DNA of 64,000 nucleotides, taken from NCBI GenBank assembly GCA_963667785.2, contig CAXXMU010000001.1, forward strand, positions 448,001 through 512,000, given 5' to 3'. Below are positions 53,893-63,754 of the stretch, in pieces. The position numbers and the translations under genes are program-made. Position 1 is the first letter of the stretch; the number at the start of each line of letters is the position of its first letter. This DNA comes from Alphaproteobacteria bacterium. GTDB taxonomy: Bacteria; Pseudomonadota; Alphaproteobacteria; UBA828. The notes beneath the pieces were generated by a model. That model was not told the origin of the DNA. It saw nothing but the letters and a program-made list of their open reading frames with translations, and did not search any database.

Positions 53893-54762
53893 ATGATCTA
53901 CGACGAACCCAAATTCCTGCCCGGCGGCGACCGCTACGTGCTGATCGAGTTCGGCAACGAGATGAACCTCGAGCTGAACTTCATCGCGCAGGGGCTGGCG
54001 GCGCGCATCGTCGCCGACAAGACCAGGGGCATCGTCGAGACCGCACCCTGCTTCGCCTCGATGCTCGTTCACTACGAGCCGCGCGAGATTTCCTACGACG
54101 ACACGGTGAAAGAGCTGAAGGCGCTGATCGCGAGCCTGGGCTCCACCGACGACATCGAGCTCGACAGCCGGCTCTTCCTCTTCGAGACCATGTATCTCGA
54201 TCCCTGGACCAGGGAGTGCATCGAGGACTACAGCGAGAAGATCACGCCCAAGGAGTACGACCCCGACATGGTGGCGAGGCTCAACGGCCTGGCCGACCGC
54301 GAGCAGCTCGTCCGAGTCCACTCGAGCTCCGAGTACTGGGTCGCTTCCCTCGGCTTCTGGCCCGGCCTGCCGTTCCTCCAGCCGCTCGATCCGCGGGCGA
54401 TGATCACGGTGCCCAAGTACAACCCGCCCCGCACCTGGACGCCCCAGGGCACCGTCGGCATGGGCGGCTCCGCCAGCGCCATCTACCCGGTCAACACGCC
54501 GGGCGGCTACCAGCTCCTCGGCCGCACGCCCGTGCCGATCTGGGACACCGAGAAGCGGTTCGACGTCTTCGGCGGCGACATCGTGCTGTTCCAGCCCGGC
54601 GACCGCATCAAGTTCGTGCCGGTGACGCAAGAGGGCTACGAGCAGGCCGAGGCACGCATCGAGGACGGCACCTACCTCTACAACGTCGTCGAGTACCAGC
54701 GCTTCTCGGTGCACAACTACCGGCACTGGATCGCCAACCTGGATCAGAGCCAGCGCTTCTGA
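53893..54762 (+). CDS. Carboxyltransferase / allophanate hydrolase subunit 1 (PxpB/urea carboxylase-like)
   Basis: GFWPGLP, PKYNPPRTWTP, TPGGYQLLGRTP. Confidence 0.85.
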   Translation: MIYDEPKFLPGGDRYVLIEFGNEMNLELNFIAQGLAARIVADKTRGIVETAPCFASMLVHYEPREISYDDTVKELKALIASLGSTDDIELDSRLFLFETMYLDPWTRECIEDYSEKITPKEYDPDMVARLNGLADREQLVRVHSSSEYWVASLGFWPGLPFLQPLDPRAMITVPKYNPPRTWTPQGTVGMGGSASAIYPVNTPGGYQLLGRTPVPIWDTEKRFDVFGGDIVLFQPGDRIKFVPVTQEGYEQAEARIEDGTYLYNVVEYQRFSVHNYRHWIANLDQSQRF

Positions 54763-54794
54763 AGCAAGGCCTAGAGGGCTTGGCCGCCCTCGCG

Positions 54795-55001
54795 TTACCA
54801 GCTTCCGTACCAGCAGTTCCGTCGTATGCGCTCGGCGTCGCCGGTCAGCCCCGGATCGACATCCGCCCGGGAGAGGCCGATGTCGGCAAGGTCGCGATCG
54901 CTCAAGCGAGAGAGCCTTTTGCTCCCAAGGCTGGCTTCATGCCAGTTGCGGACATCTCGAAAGACCGCTGCAAACTTCATGTTCTCATCCTCCGGTTCCA
55001 C
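54795..55001 (-). CDS. DUF1127 small protein
   Basis: LSRLSDRDLADIGLSRADV. Confidence 0.75.
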   Translation of the reverse strand: MEPEDENMKFAAVFRDVRNWHEASLGSKRLSRLSDRDLADIGLSRADVDPGLTGDAERIRRNCWYGSW

Positions 55002-55199
55002 ATAGTCGCAGGGGCGTCGAAGCCCGCTGCGGGGCGGTTTCTTCAGATTTCGTTTGCAGGGATGAGGGACGCCAATATCGTTTTCGTTGCCGCTCCATAA
55101 GAATCTGTGGGGATCGTCTGGCGCGGGTCGCCGACCGCGAGCGCGGCGAGAATGCCGGGGTCAAGAACGCAACGCAGCCCAGGGCTGCGTCAGCGCGCT

Positions 55200-56111
55200 T
55201 TAGAGGCGCGCCTTGGTCCCCAGGCCGCCCCCCTGCATCGCCTCGCGGCGGGCGATGTAGAGGCCGCTCGCGACGATCAGCCCAGCGCCCAGCCAGGTCC
55301 ACAGGTCGACGATCTCGCCGAACCAGAGGAAGCCGATCAGCGCGGCGCCGATGAGCTGGCCGTAGTCGAAGGGGCCGACCACCGAGGCGCGGCCGTATTC
55401 GTAGGCCTTGATGACGCAGAAGTGGCCGAAGCCGCCGAGCAGGCCGAGGCCGATGAAGGCCGCCCAGTGGGCGAGCTCCGCCGGCCAGGTCCAGAAGAAG
55501 GGCCCGGCCGCCGTGGTCCCCACCAGCGCCACGACGATCGTGTAGATCGCCGTCGTGCGGTAGTCGTCCTCTGCCGCGAGCTGGCGGGTCTGGATCTGGA
55601 AGAGCGCGTAGGCCGCAGCCGCTCCCAGCACCAGGAGGAACGACCAGTGGATGACCTCGCCGCCCGGCCGGAAGATCACGGCCGCGCCGGCGAAGCCGAC
55701 CGCCACGGCGGCCCAGCGCCTCGGCCCCACCCGCTCCCCCAGCATCGGCACCGAGAGCGCCACCACCATGAGCGGCGCCGTGAAGAAGGCCATGGTCACG
55801 GCCGTGAGCTTCACGTGCGAGAGGGCGATGATGTAGAGCACGAGTGCCACGAACTGCAGCGAAGAGCGGACGAGCTGCAGGCCGGGCCGGTTGCTGCGCA
55901 GGAGCCTGAGGCCGCCATAGGGCAGGAACAGCGCGAGCATCCACGCCATGTGGACGACCGAGCGCATCCACATGACCTGCACGATCGAGTAGTCGGCGGC
56001 CAGCAGGTACTTCACCAGCGCGTTGAGGAGCGGGAAGACGACGATGGCGGTGAGGCACATGAAGAGGATGCCTCGGAGAGAATCGTCGAGGCGCGCCGGA
56101 ACCGTGGTCAT
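55200..56111 (-). CDS. DMT/EamA transporter
   Basis: ~10 TM segments; LGERVGPRRW; PFDY. Confidence 0.9.
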   Translation of the reverse strand: MTTVPARLDDSLRGILFMCLTAIVVFPLLNALVKYLLAADYSIVQVMWMRSVVHMAWMLALFLPYGGLRLLRSNRPGLQLVRSSLQFVALVLYIIALSHVKLTAVTMAFFTAPLMVVALSVPMLGERVGPRRWAAVAVGFAGAAVIFRPGGEVIHWSFLLVLGAAAAYALFQIQTRQLAAEDDYRTTAIYTIVVALVGTTAAGPFFWTWPAELAHWAAFIGLGLLGGFGHFCVIKAYEYGRASVVGPFDYGQLIGAALIGFLWFGEIVDLWTWLGAGLIVASGLYIARREAMQGGGLGTKARL

Positions 56112-56143
56112 CGTGCTCTTCTAGCCTGGATGTCTCGCCGGGG

Positions 56144-57073
56144 TTAGGTGGCCGATTGCCTTATGCGCGCTTCCCGGTGGGCGATGTAGAGGCCGCTTGC
56201 GATGATGATGGCGGCGCCCACCCAGGTCCAGGCGTCGGGAATCTCGCCGAAGACGAGGAAGCCGAGAAGGCTCGCGCCCACGAGCTGGCTGTAGTCGAAG
56301 GGGCCGAGCAGCGAGGCCTCGGCATGCTGGTAGGCCTTGATGATGAAGAAGTGGGCGAGGCCGCCCGTCACGCCGAGGGCGAAGAACAGGAACCAGTCCA
56401 TCCCGCTCTTCGGCGCCTCCCAGTAGAAGGGCACGGCGACGGTGGCCACGATGAAGGCCGCGAGGATCGTGTAGACCGCCGTCGTGCGCGAATCGTCGTA
56501 GCCCGCGAGCTTGCGGGTCTGGATCTGGTAGATCGCGTAGAGGAACGCGCCGCCGAGGACCAGCAGCGCGCCCCAGTGAACGATGTCGGCGCCGGGGCGC
56601 AGCACGATCAGCACGCCGGCGAAGCCGACGAAGACCGCCGCCCAGCGGCGCGGCCCCACCCGCTCGCCGAGGAAGGGCACCGAGAGCGCCACCAGGATCA
56701 GCGGGCCGGTGAAGAGAACCATGGTGACGGTGGTGATCGGCGTCCAGAAGAGCGAGACCCAGATCAGCGTGAAGGTGAAGAGCTGGGTGAGCGAGCGGAT
56801 GGACTGGAGCCACGGGCGGCGGGTGGCGAAGAGCCTCGGCCCCATCGCCGGCATGAAGAGCGCCACCATGAAGCCGAGATGCACGACGCAGCGGAACCAG
56901 ATGATCTGCACCATGTGATAGTCGGCGAGGAGCAGCTTCACGATGGCGTTGAGTCCGGGCAGCCCGGTGCTCGCCGCCAGGCACATGTAGAGGACGCCGA
57001 CGAGCGGCGTGCTGGAGGCAGATCGCGGGAGGGCCATGCGGCTCTTGTAGGCGCCCCGGCACGGGAAGGCCAT
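56144..57073 (-). CDS. DMT/EamA transporter, tandem paralogue (start may be 57037)
   Basis: LGERVGPRRWAAV; GPFDYSQL. Confidence 0.9.
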   Translation of the reverse strand: MAFPCRGAYKSRMALPRSASSTPLVGVLYMCLAASTGLPGLNAIVKLLLADYHMVQIIWFRCVVHLGFMVALFMPAMGPRLFATRRPWLQSIRSLTQLFTFTLIWVSLFWTPITTVTMVLFTGPLILVALSVPFLGERVGPRRWAAVFVGFAGVLIVLRPGADIVHWGALLVLGGAFLYAIYQIQTRKLAGYDDSRTTAVYTILAAFIVATVAVPFYWEAPKSGMDWFLFFALGVTGGLAHFFIIKAYQHAEASLLGPFDYSQLVGASLLGFLVFGEIPDAWTWVGAAIIIASGLYIAHREARIRQSAT

Positions 57074-57100
57074 GCCGTGGGAGGGCGCCGGGGAGGGCGT

Positions 57101-58723
57101 TCAGGCGCCGGCGGGGGTCTCGGCCGGGAGAGGCGGCCGCCCCAGGATCATGTCCGCCGCCTTCTCCGCGATCATGACGGTGGGGGCGGCGGTGTTGCTC
57201 GAGGTGATCAGCGGCATGACCGAAGCGTCGACGACCCTCAGCGCGTCCACGCCGCGCACCCGCAATGCCGCGTCCACCACGGCGCTCTCGTCCGTGCCCA
57301 TGCGGCAGGTGCCGACCGGATGCCAGACGGTGGTGAGGGTGGCCCTGATCCAGGCGTCGATCTCGTCGTCCGCCTGCGCCGCGCTGCCCGGCGCGATCTC
57401 CTCGCCGCGGTAGGGGTCGAACGGCGCCTGGGCCATGATCCGCCGCGCCAGGTGCACGGCGTCGCGCATGACGCGGCGGTCGGTCTCGGCGGCAAGCGTG
57501 TTGGCGTGGATCGCCGGAGCCGCACGGGAATCGGCGGCGGTGATGCGGATCTCGCCGCGGCTCTCGGGCCTCAGCTGATAGCAGTGGGTGAGGAAGCCGT
57601 GCCGGCCCTGCTTCTTGCGCGTCACGTCGAGCGTGAGGCCGGGGATGAAGGTGATCTGCAGGTCGGGGACGTCGAGGCCGGCGCGGGAGCGGGCGAAGCC
57701 GCCGGCCTCCAGCGCGACCGAGGTGCCGGGGCCGGTGCCGAGGAGATAGGCGCGCAGGCAGGCGAGCGCGGCGCGGTCGGGTCGCAGCAGGCCATAGAGG
57801 GCGACCGGCTGGGTGCAGGCGACCTGGACGTAGACGCCGGCGTGATCCTGCAGGTTGCGCCCGACATCGGCGCTTGCCACCAGGGTCTCGATGCCGAGCC
57901 CGCCGAGGTGGTCGGGCGCGCCGATGCCGGATAGCTGAAGAATCTGGGGCGAGTTGATGGTGCCGGCCGAGAGGATCACCTCGCGCCGCGCGCGGATCTC
58001 GCGGCGCCGTCCTCCCTCCCGGAAGGCCACGCCGACGCAGCGCCTGCCCTCGAAGATCAGCCGCTCGGCATGGGCGCGGAGCACGACGCGCAGGTTGGCG
58101 CGGCTCCTGACCGGCAGGATGAAGGCGTGGCCGGTGTTCACCCGCCGCCCCCGGTCGACGCAGAAGTCCTGCCGGCCGATACCCTCCTGCACCGCGCCGT
58201 TGAAGTCGTCGTTGCGCGCCATGCCGAGCGCCTCGCAGGCCTCGAGGAAGACCCCGTAGAGCGGGTTCTCCGACTGCGCCCGGTTGACGCGGAGCGGGCC
58301 GTCGCTGCCGTGGTAGGCGTCGCGGCGCGAGCCGTGGCCCTCGGCCCGCTTGAAGTAGGGCAGCACGCTCGCATAGTCCCAGCCGTCGAGGCCGAGCTGG
58401 CGCCAGCCGTCATAGTCCTGACGGTTGCCGCGCATGTACATCATGCCGTTGATCGCCGAGGTGCCGCCCAGCACCTTGCCGCGCGGCCAGGGGATGCGGC
58501 GCCCGTCGAGATGGGGCTCCGGCTCGGTCTCGTAGCCCCAGTTGATCGAGCGCATGAAATAGACGAGCCCCGCCATCAGCGGGATGTGGATGAAGGGATG
58601 GCGCGCCTCGCCGCCCGCCTCCAGCAGAGCCACGCTGGTTCCGGGCTCGGCCGAGAGCCGGTTGGCGAGAACGCAGCCGGCGGTGCCCCCGCCGATCACG
58701 ACGAAATCATGTTCCTGGGCCAT
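57101..58723 (-). CDS. GMC oxidoreductase (choline dehydrogenase-like)
   Basis: GGGTAG, RGKVLGGTSAINGM, GRNLQDH, HPVGTCRMG, VVDASVMP. Confidence 0.92.
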   Translation of the reverse strand: MAQEHDFVVIGGGTAGCVLANRLSAEPGTSVALLEAGGEARHPFIHIPLMAGLVYFMRSINWGYETEPEPHLDGRRIPWPRGKVLGGTSAINGMMYMRGNRQDYDGWRQLGLDGWDYASVLPYFKRAEGHGSRRDAYHGSDGPLRVNRAQSENPLYGVFLEACEALGMARNDDFNGAVQEGIGRQDFCVDRGRRVNTGHAFILPVRSRANLRVVLRAHAERLIFEGRRCVGVAFREGGRRREIRARREVILSAGTINSPQILQLSGIGAPDHLGGLGIETLVASADVGRNLQDHAGVYVQVACTQPVALYGLLRPDRAALACLRAYLLGTGPGTSVALEAGGFARSRAGLDVPDLQITFIPGLTLDVTRKKQGRHGFLTHCYQLRPESRGEIRITAADSRAAPAIHANTLAAETDRRVMRDAVHLARRIMAQAPFDPYRGEEIAPGSAAQADDEIDAWIRATLTTVWHPVGTCRMGTDESAVVDAALRVRGVDALRVVDASVMPLITSSNTAAPTVMIAEKAADMILGRPPLPAETPAGA

Positions 58724-58793
58724 TCTTCCCCCTGCATCCGGGGAGCGCGTGCCCTAGACTGCGCCGCCCGCACCCGCCACGACGGATCCCGCC

Positions 58794-60755
58794 ATGGCCT
58801 TCGACACCCTGTTCAGCCCCATCACGGTGGGCGGCCGCGCGCTGCGCAACCGCATCGTGCACACCGCGACCGTCACCGGCCTCGGCCGCGACCGTGCGGT
58901 GACGGACCGCCTCATCGCCTACCACGCGGCACGGGCGCGCGGCGGCGCCGCGATGATCGTGACCGAGCTCATGAACGTCCACCCCACCAGCACCGGCGCG
59001 CCGATCCTGGTGAGCCTCCATGACGAAGGCAACCTGGCGGGGCTCACGCGCTGGGCCGAGGCGGTGGAGCGCCACGATTGCCGACTGATCGGCCAGCTCG
59101 GCCATATCGGCCGCCAGCAGCTCTGGGGTCTCGATTCCGTGCCGCGCAGCGCCTCCGCCGAGCCCGACGCGCTCTACTGGAACACCGCCCGCCCGCTCGC
59201 CGAGGACGAGATCCCCGGCATCGTCGCGGGCTACGCCGAGAGCGCGGAGCGGCTGAAGCGCGCGGGCTTCAGCGGCGTCGAGCTGCATGGCGCCCACGGC
59301 TACCTGATCGCGCAGTTTCTCTCGCCCGCCTGCAACGTACGCACCGACGGCTACGGCGGCAGCCTCGAGGGCCGCACACGCTTCATGCGCGAGGTGCTGG
59401 CGGCGGTCCGCGCCGCCTGCGGCGAGGGCTTCATCGTCGGCATCAAGCTGCCGGCGGACGAGCGGGTGCCGGGCGGCATCGCTCCCGACGAGGCGGAACG
59501 CATCGCCGCGGCGGCCGCCGCCGAAGGCGTGCTCGACTATCTCTCCTTCAGCCAGGGCGTGTTCGGTCCCGAATTCGACGCTCATCTGCCGGACATGCAC
59601 TACCCGCCCAGGCCCTTCATTCCGCTTCATGCGCGGCTGCGCGCGGCCGGCGGCGGGCTTCCGGTGATCGGCCTCGGCCGCTTCGAATCGGCCGACGCAG
59701 CCGACGCCGCGCTCGCCGAAGGCGCCTGCGACATGGTCGGCTTCAGCCGGCTGTTGATATCGGACGCCGATTGGCCGCGCAAGACGGAGGCCGGCAGGGC
59801 CGGCGACATCCGCGCCTGCACCTACTGCAACTATTGCTGGGGCGAGATTCACGCAGGCAAGCCCATCCGCTGCTTCCAGAACCCGGTGCTGGCAAGCGCG
59901 GACGAATCCGGATGGCGACCGCCGCGAGCCTCCCGGCAGAAGCGCGTGGCGGTGGTCGGCGCCGGCCTCGCAGGGCTCGAGTCCGCCTGGCTCGCGGCCG
60001 CGCGCGGCCACGCCGTGACGCTCTTCTCCGCGAGCGCCGAGCCGGGCGGCGCGGCACGGCTCGAGGCCCGCCTGCCGGGGCGGGCGGAGGTGATGAAGAC
60101 CGCCGCGTTCCAGCGCCAGAAGGCGGAGGCGGCGGGCGTGGCGTTCCGCTTCGGCGAGGCGGCGACGGCAGAGACGGTGACGGCCTGCGGGCCGGACGCG
60201 GTGATCCTTGCCACGGGCTCGCGGATGCGCCGGCCGCCCGCGCTCGCGGAGGATGCCGAGGCGCACGATCTGCGCAGTGCCGTCGCGGCCCTTGCCGGGG
60301 CAGGGGGCAACTCGGCCAGGGAGCCGGGCACCGCCGTCTTGCTCGACATGGACCAGACGCCCGCGGTCTATGCCGCGGCGGAGCTCCTGGCGCAGCGCTT
60401 CGCCCGCGTCGTCCTGCTGACGCCGGCGCCCGAGAGCGCGCGCTTCGTCAACCTGATGTCGCGCATGGGGGTGGAGCGCCGCCTCGCCCTGCTCGAAATC
60501 GACGTGCGCCGGCTCACCGAGCCGATCGCGCGCACGGGCGGCCGCGTCACCTGCCGCCACGTGATCACCGGCGCCGAGACGGTGATCGAGGAGGTCGCGC
60601 TGCTGACCTACGCCACGCCGCGCATCGCGCGAGACGAGCTGGCGGCAGGGCTGGCGGAAGCCGGGGTTCCGGTCACGCTCGTCGGCGACTGCCTGCTGCC
60701 GCGCGATGCGGCTTCCGCCATCCACGACGGCCACCGCGCCGCGCTCGCGCTCTAG
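58794..60755 (+). CDS. NADH:flavin oxidoreductase (OYE/dienoyl-CoA reductase-like) with Fe-S motif
   Basis: ELHGAHGYL..FLSP..N.RTD.YGG; CTYCNYC...C; VVGAGLAG. Confidence 0.9.
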   Translation: MAFDTLFSPITVGGRALRNRIVHTATVTGLGRDRAVTDRLIAYHAARARGGAAMIVTELMNVHPTSTGAPILVSLHDEGNLAGLTRWAEAVERHDCRLIGQLGHIGRQQLWGLDSVPRSASAEPDALYWNTARPLAEDEIPGIVAGYAESAERLKRAGFSGVELHGAHGYLIAQFLSPACNVRTDGYGGSLEGRTRFMREVLAAVRAACGEGFIVGIKLPADERVPGGIAPDEAERIAAAAAAEGVLDYLSFSQGVFGPEFDAHLPDMHYPPRPFIPLHARLRAAGGGLPVIGLGRFESADAADAALAEGACDMVGFSRLLISDADWPRKTEAGRAGDIRACTYCNYCWGEIHAGKPIRCFQNPVLASADESGWRPPRASRQKRVAVVGAGLAGLESAWLAAARGHAVTLFSASAEPGGAARLEARLPGRAEVMKTAAFQRQKAEAAGVAFRFGEAATAETVTACGPDAVILATGSRMRRPPALAEDAEAHDLRSAVAALAGAGGNSAREPGTAVLLDMDQTPAVYAAAELLAQRFARVVLLTPAPESARFVNLMSRMGVERRLALLEIDVRRLTEPIARTGGRVTCRHVITGAETVIEEVALLTYATPRIARDELAAGLAEAGVPVTLVGDCLLPRDAASAIHDGHRAALAL

Positions 60756-60850
60756 CGAGGCGGCCAGCATCGAGGGGGCCGCCGGCGGACGCAGATCGCC
60801 GCGGTCGCCCCGTCACCGGCGCCTTACCGTCACCGCCGCAGGGCGCCCTC

Positions 60851-61990
60851 TCACCAGACGCCGGGCATGATCCGGTACTTCACCCGTGCCCGGTACTCCG
60901 CCCACTTCTCGGGGCCGTACTTCTCGGCACAGTGCACCTCGTCCTCGACCTGGCGAATGGTGAACAGCGTGACGATGAAGACGAAATAGGTCCACGCCCA
61001 GGGATTGTCGAAGTAGCCGAACGAGAGCGCGACCGAGAGGGCAAGGAACCCCTCGCCCAAGTAATTGAAGTGGCGGGCGGCGCCCCAGAAGCCGCTGCAC
61101 AGGATCTTGCGGTCGCCCGCCTGAATGTACTGGGGCTCGATGAGCCCGAGAAACTTGCGGTCGGGCCATCGCTTGAAGGCGTACTTCTGCAGGTTGCCGC
61201 CGCGCGAAATGCCCCACCCGAACAGGAACAGCGCACCCGTTCCGATGAGCCAGACATAGGTCCATGCCGGCGAGAAACCGGGGTCGGGGTGAGCGGCCAT
61301 GCCCCACAACGGCAGGATGTACAGCCAGCCGTAGATGATGAGGCCGCCCCAGAAGAGCTTGAAGCCCACCTTCTCGTGCATCAGGTCGTAGGTGTAGAGC
61401 TGGACGCGCTCGAAGATGAAGTAGTCGAATATGTAAAACGTGAAGAACGCCGCATAGAGGAAGACGCCCGGATTGGCGTCGGCGCCGAAGCGATCATAGT
61501 GCCACGCGGCGCCTGACAACGCATTGAGCGACAGCATGATTCCGCCGACGACGTAGAAATACATCTTCACGTCGAAGCGGCTCTTGAAGAACGAGAGCTC
61601 CTGGGCCCGCCCGACCCAGAGGTCCGCAACGAGACTCCTGTTCCCCTTCTTCGGCTGGGTGAAGACCGCCAGGGCGGTGAAGATGATGGAGAACAGCGTT
61701 CCGCCGGCGACGGCATAGAGCGTGGAGCGGTAGAACCAGTCGCGCGGCATCCCGGTGGCCTCGAACGCCCACACGATCACCGCGATCACGAACACCAGGA
61801 TGCCGTTCAGCCGATACTTGCGGGGCTCGCCGGTCTCCGGATTGATGACGTAGCCGGGCACCCACTTTCCCGGAAGGATCACCTGCAACGCGAAAAACAC
61901 GGCGAAGATCGCCAGCGGGGTGAAGAACGCCGCGATCATTTCCGTCCGGGAGAGCTCGAAGAGGTGGTCGATACCGATCCATTCATTCAT
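60851..61990 (-). CDS. ERG4/ERG24-family sterol reductase
   Basis: YRLNG, HEKVGF, QKYAFK, SGFWGAARHFNYLGE, DEVHCAEKYG..W.EY...V.YRIMPG. Confidence 0.88.
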   Translation of the reverse strand: MNEWIGIDHLFELSRTEMIAAFFTPLAIFAVFFALQVILPGKWVPGYVINPETGEPRKYRLNGILVFVIAVIVWAFEATGMPRDWFYRSTLYAVAGGTLFSIIFTALAVFTQPKKGNRSLVADLWVGRAQELSFFKSRFDVKMYFYVVGGIMLSLNALSGAAWHYDRFGADANPGVFLYAAFFTFYIFDYFIFERVQLYTYDLMHEKVGFKLFWGGLIIYGWLYILPLWGMAAHPDPGFSPAWTYVWLIGTGALFLFGWGISRGGNLQKYAFKRWPDRKFLGLIEPQYIQAGDRKILCSGFWGAARHFNYLGEGFLALSVALSFGYFDNPWAWTYFVFIVTLFTIRQVEDEVHCAEKYGPEKWAEYRARVKYRIMPGVW

Positions 61991-62067
61991 GACCAGCTAC
62001 CCCTTTCTCCGATGATTCGGTCGCTTCGCAACGGAACAAGTCCGGCCGCCAGCGAGAGCGGCAGGGC

Positions 62068-62820
62068 CTAGTCGGGAATTGCGTCGGCGCCCGGCAGCAG
62101 CGCGCCGAACTCGCGCTCGGCCGCCTTGGGGTCGCTCCGCATCAGCGCCTCGGTCTGGATCGAGTGGTCGCCGATGCAGACGTCCTCGAGGCCCCGCTCC
62201 AGCGCGTCGCAAATGCCCTCTGCCACCGCCTCGGGCGGCTGCTTCTCGCCGTCGAAGCCCGCGACCATCGGCGTGTCGGTGGAGCTCGGGAAGACCGCGA
62301 GCACATGGGTGCCCTGGGCGGCGAGCTCCGCCCGCATGCACTGGGTCGCGGACCACGCCGCGGCCTTGCTCGCCGCGTAGTTGCCGCAGAAGGGCGCGCT
62401 GACCCGCGCGACCTCGGAAAGCACGTTGACCAGCGCGCCGCCGCCGTTCCCGGCGAGCACCGGGGCGAAGGCCCTGGCCACGTGGAGATAGCCCCAGAAA
62501 TTGACCTCGAACTGGGCGCGCGCCGCGTCCAGCGCCGGCGCGCTCATCACGCCGTCCCAGGCGATGATGGCGGCGTTGTTGACCACCAGCGTGACGTCTG
62601 CGCACGCATCCGCGGCGCGCCGCACCGCCGCCTCGTCGGCCACGTCCAGCGGCAGCGGCTCGACCGCGGCGCCCGCCGGGAACGCGGCCGCCGCGAGCGC
62701 GTCGGGCAGGTCCGCCGCATGGATGCGGCGTGCGCCACGCGCCGCCAGCGCCGCCACGAGGGTGGTGCCGATACCGCCGGCAGCGCCGGTGACGAGAGCC
62801 TCGCAGCCGTCGATCTGCAT
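62068..62820 (-). CDS. SDR oxidoreductase
   Basis: VTGAAGGIG, NNA, YAASK. Confidence 0.88.
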   Translation of the reverse strand: MQIDGCEALVTGAAGGIGTTLVAALAARGARRIHAADLPDALAAAAFPAGAAVEPLPLDVADEAAVRRAADACADVTLVVNNAAIIAWDGVMSAPALDAARAQFEVNFWGYLHVARAFAPVLAGNGGGALVNVLSEVARVSAPFCGNYAASKAAAWSATQCMRAELAAQGTHVLAVFPSSTDTPMVAGFDGEKQPPEAVAEGICDALERGLEDVCIGDHSIQTEALMRSDPKAAEREFGALLPGADAIPD

Positions 62821-62824
62821 CGCG

Positions 62825-63658
62825 TCAGTCGCTCTTGTCCGGGTCGCGGACATCGCTCTTGACCGTGGTGAGCTCAGTGTAGCTGAAGATGAGGCCCGCG
62901 GCATCGAAGCCGCCGTCGACGTTGACCACGCTGCCGGTGAGGTAGGCCGCCTCGTCGCTGGCGAGGAAGAGCGCGGCGCCTGCGACGTCGCGGGCGTGGC
63001 CGAAGCGCTCCAGCGGGATCCGCTCCAGGTAGCGGCGCTCCTGATCCGGGCCCATGCTGGTGATGCCGGTGTCGATGGGGCCGGGCGCGATGGCATTGAC
63101 GGCGATGCCGCGCGGGCCGAGCTCGACCGCCATGATCCGCGTCATCTGGTGGATGCCGGCCTTGGTCACGCCGTAGGCGGTGCGCCCGTAGCTGCCGCGC
63201 TGGCCCGAGATCGAGCCGATGTTCACGATCCGCCCGCCGCCCTGCGCGGCCATGAGGCGCGCCGCGCCCTGGGCACAGAGGAAGGCGCTGGTGAGGTTGT
63301 TGCGCAGCACGCGCTCCCAGTCCTCGAAGGTGAGCTCGAGGAAGGCGCCGTGATGGGCGATGCCGGCATTGTTGATGAGGATGTCGAGGCGGCCGCCGAA
63401 GCACGTCTGCGCCTCCGCGAACAGGTGGCGCACGCCCTCCGGCAGGCCAAGGTCGGCGGTGCAGGCGCCGGCCTCTCCGCCCGCCTTGCCGATCTCGTCC
63501 GCCGCATCCTGCGCCCGCTCGCCGTCGATGTCGGCGAGCAGCACGTGCGCCCCTTCCGCGGCGAAGCGGCGCCCGATCTCGCGGCCGATCCCGCGCCCGC
63601 CGCCGGTGACGATCGCCGTCTTTCCCTCCAGCCGCATCGCCTCCATCCCGTCGTTCAC
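62825..63658 (-). CDS. SDR oxidoreductase (FabG-like)
   Basis: TGGGRGIG, NNAG, YGVTK, VNAIAPG, VDGG. Confidence 0.9.
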   Translation of the reverse strand: MNDGMEAMRLEGKTAIVTGGGRGIGREIGRRFAAEGAHVLLADIDGERAQDAADEIGKAGGEAGACTADLGLPEGVRHLFAEAQTCFGGRLDILINNAGIAHHGAFLELTFEDWERVLRNNLTSAFLCAQGAARLMAAQGGGRIVNIGSISGQRGSYGRTAYGVTKAGIHQMTRIMAVELGPRGIAVNAIAPGPIDTGITSMGPDQERRYLERIPLERFGHARDVAGAALFLASDEAAYLTGSVVNVDGGFDAAGLIFSYTELTTVKSDVRDPDKSD

Positions 63659-63754
63659 GGCCCGCCCTATCGGCTGGCAGGGCGCGGAGTCAACCCTCGC
63701 AGGTCCCGGGGCGCCGGGCTATCCTGCGCCGGCCATGAGGACGGGCAGAGGCAC

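Noticed and set aside
54763-54800. Possible cuckoo/CcsR sRNA downstream of DUF1127
   Set aside because: Only a short GAGGGC/GCCCTC hairpin; no CCTCCTCCC loops.
55200-57073. Tandem DMT paralogues as a repeat element
   Set aside because: Ordinary diverged gene duplication.
37640-63400. Very long antisense or alternate-frame ORFs (e.g. 37640-39970, 45653-47536 extension, 52348-54726, 59078-61516)
   Set aside because: Shadows of high-GC coding genes, with low-complexity R/A/G-rich translations.
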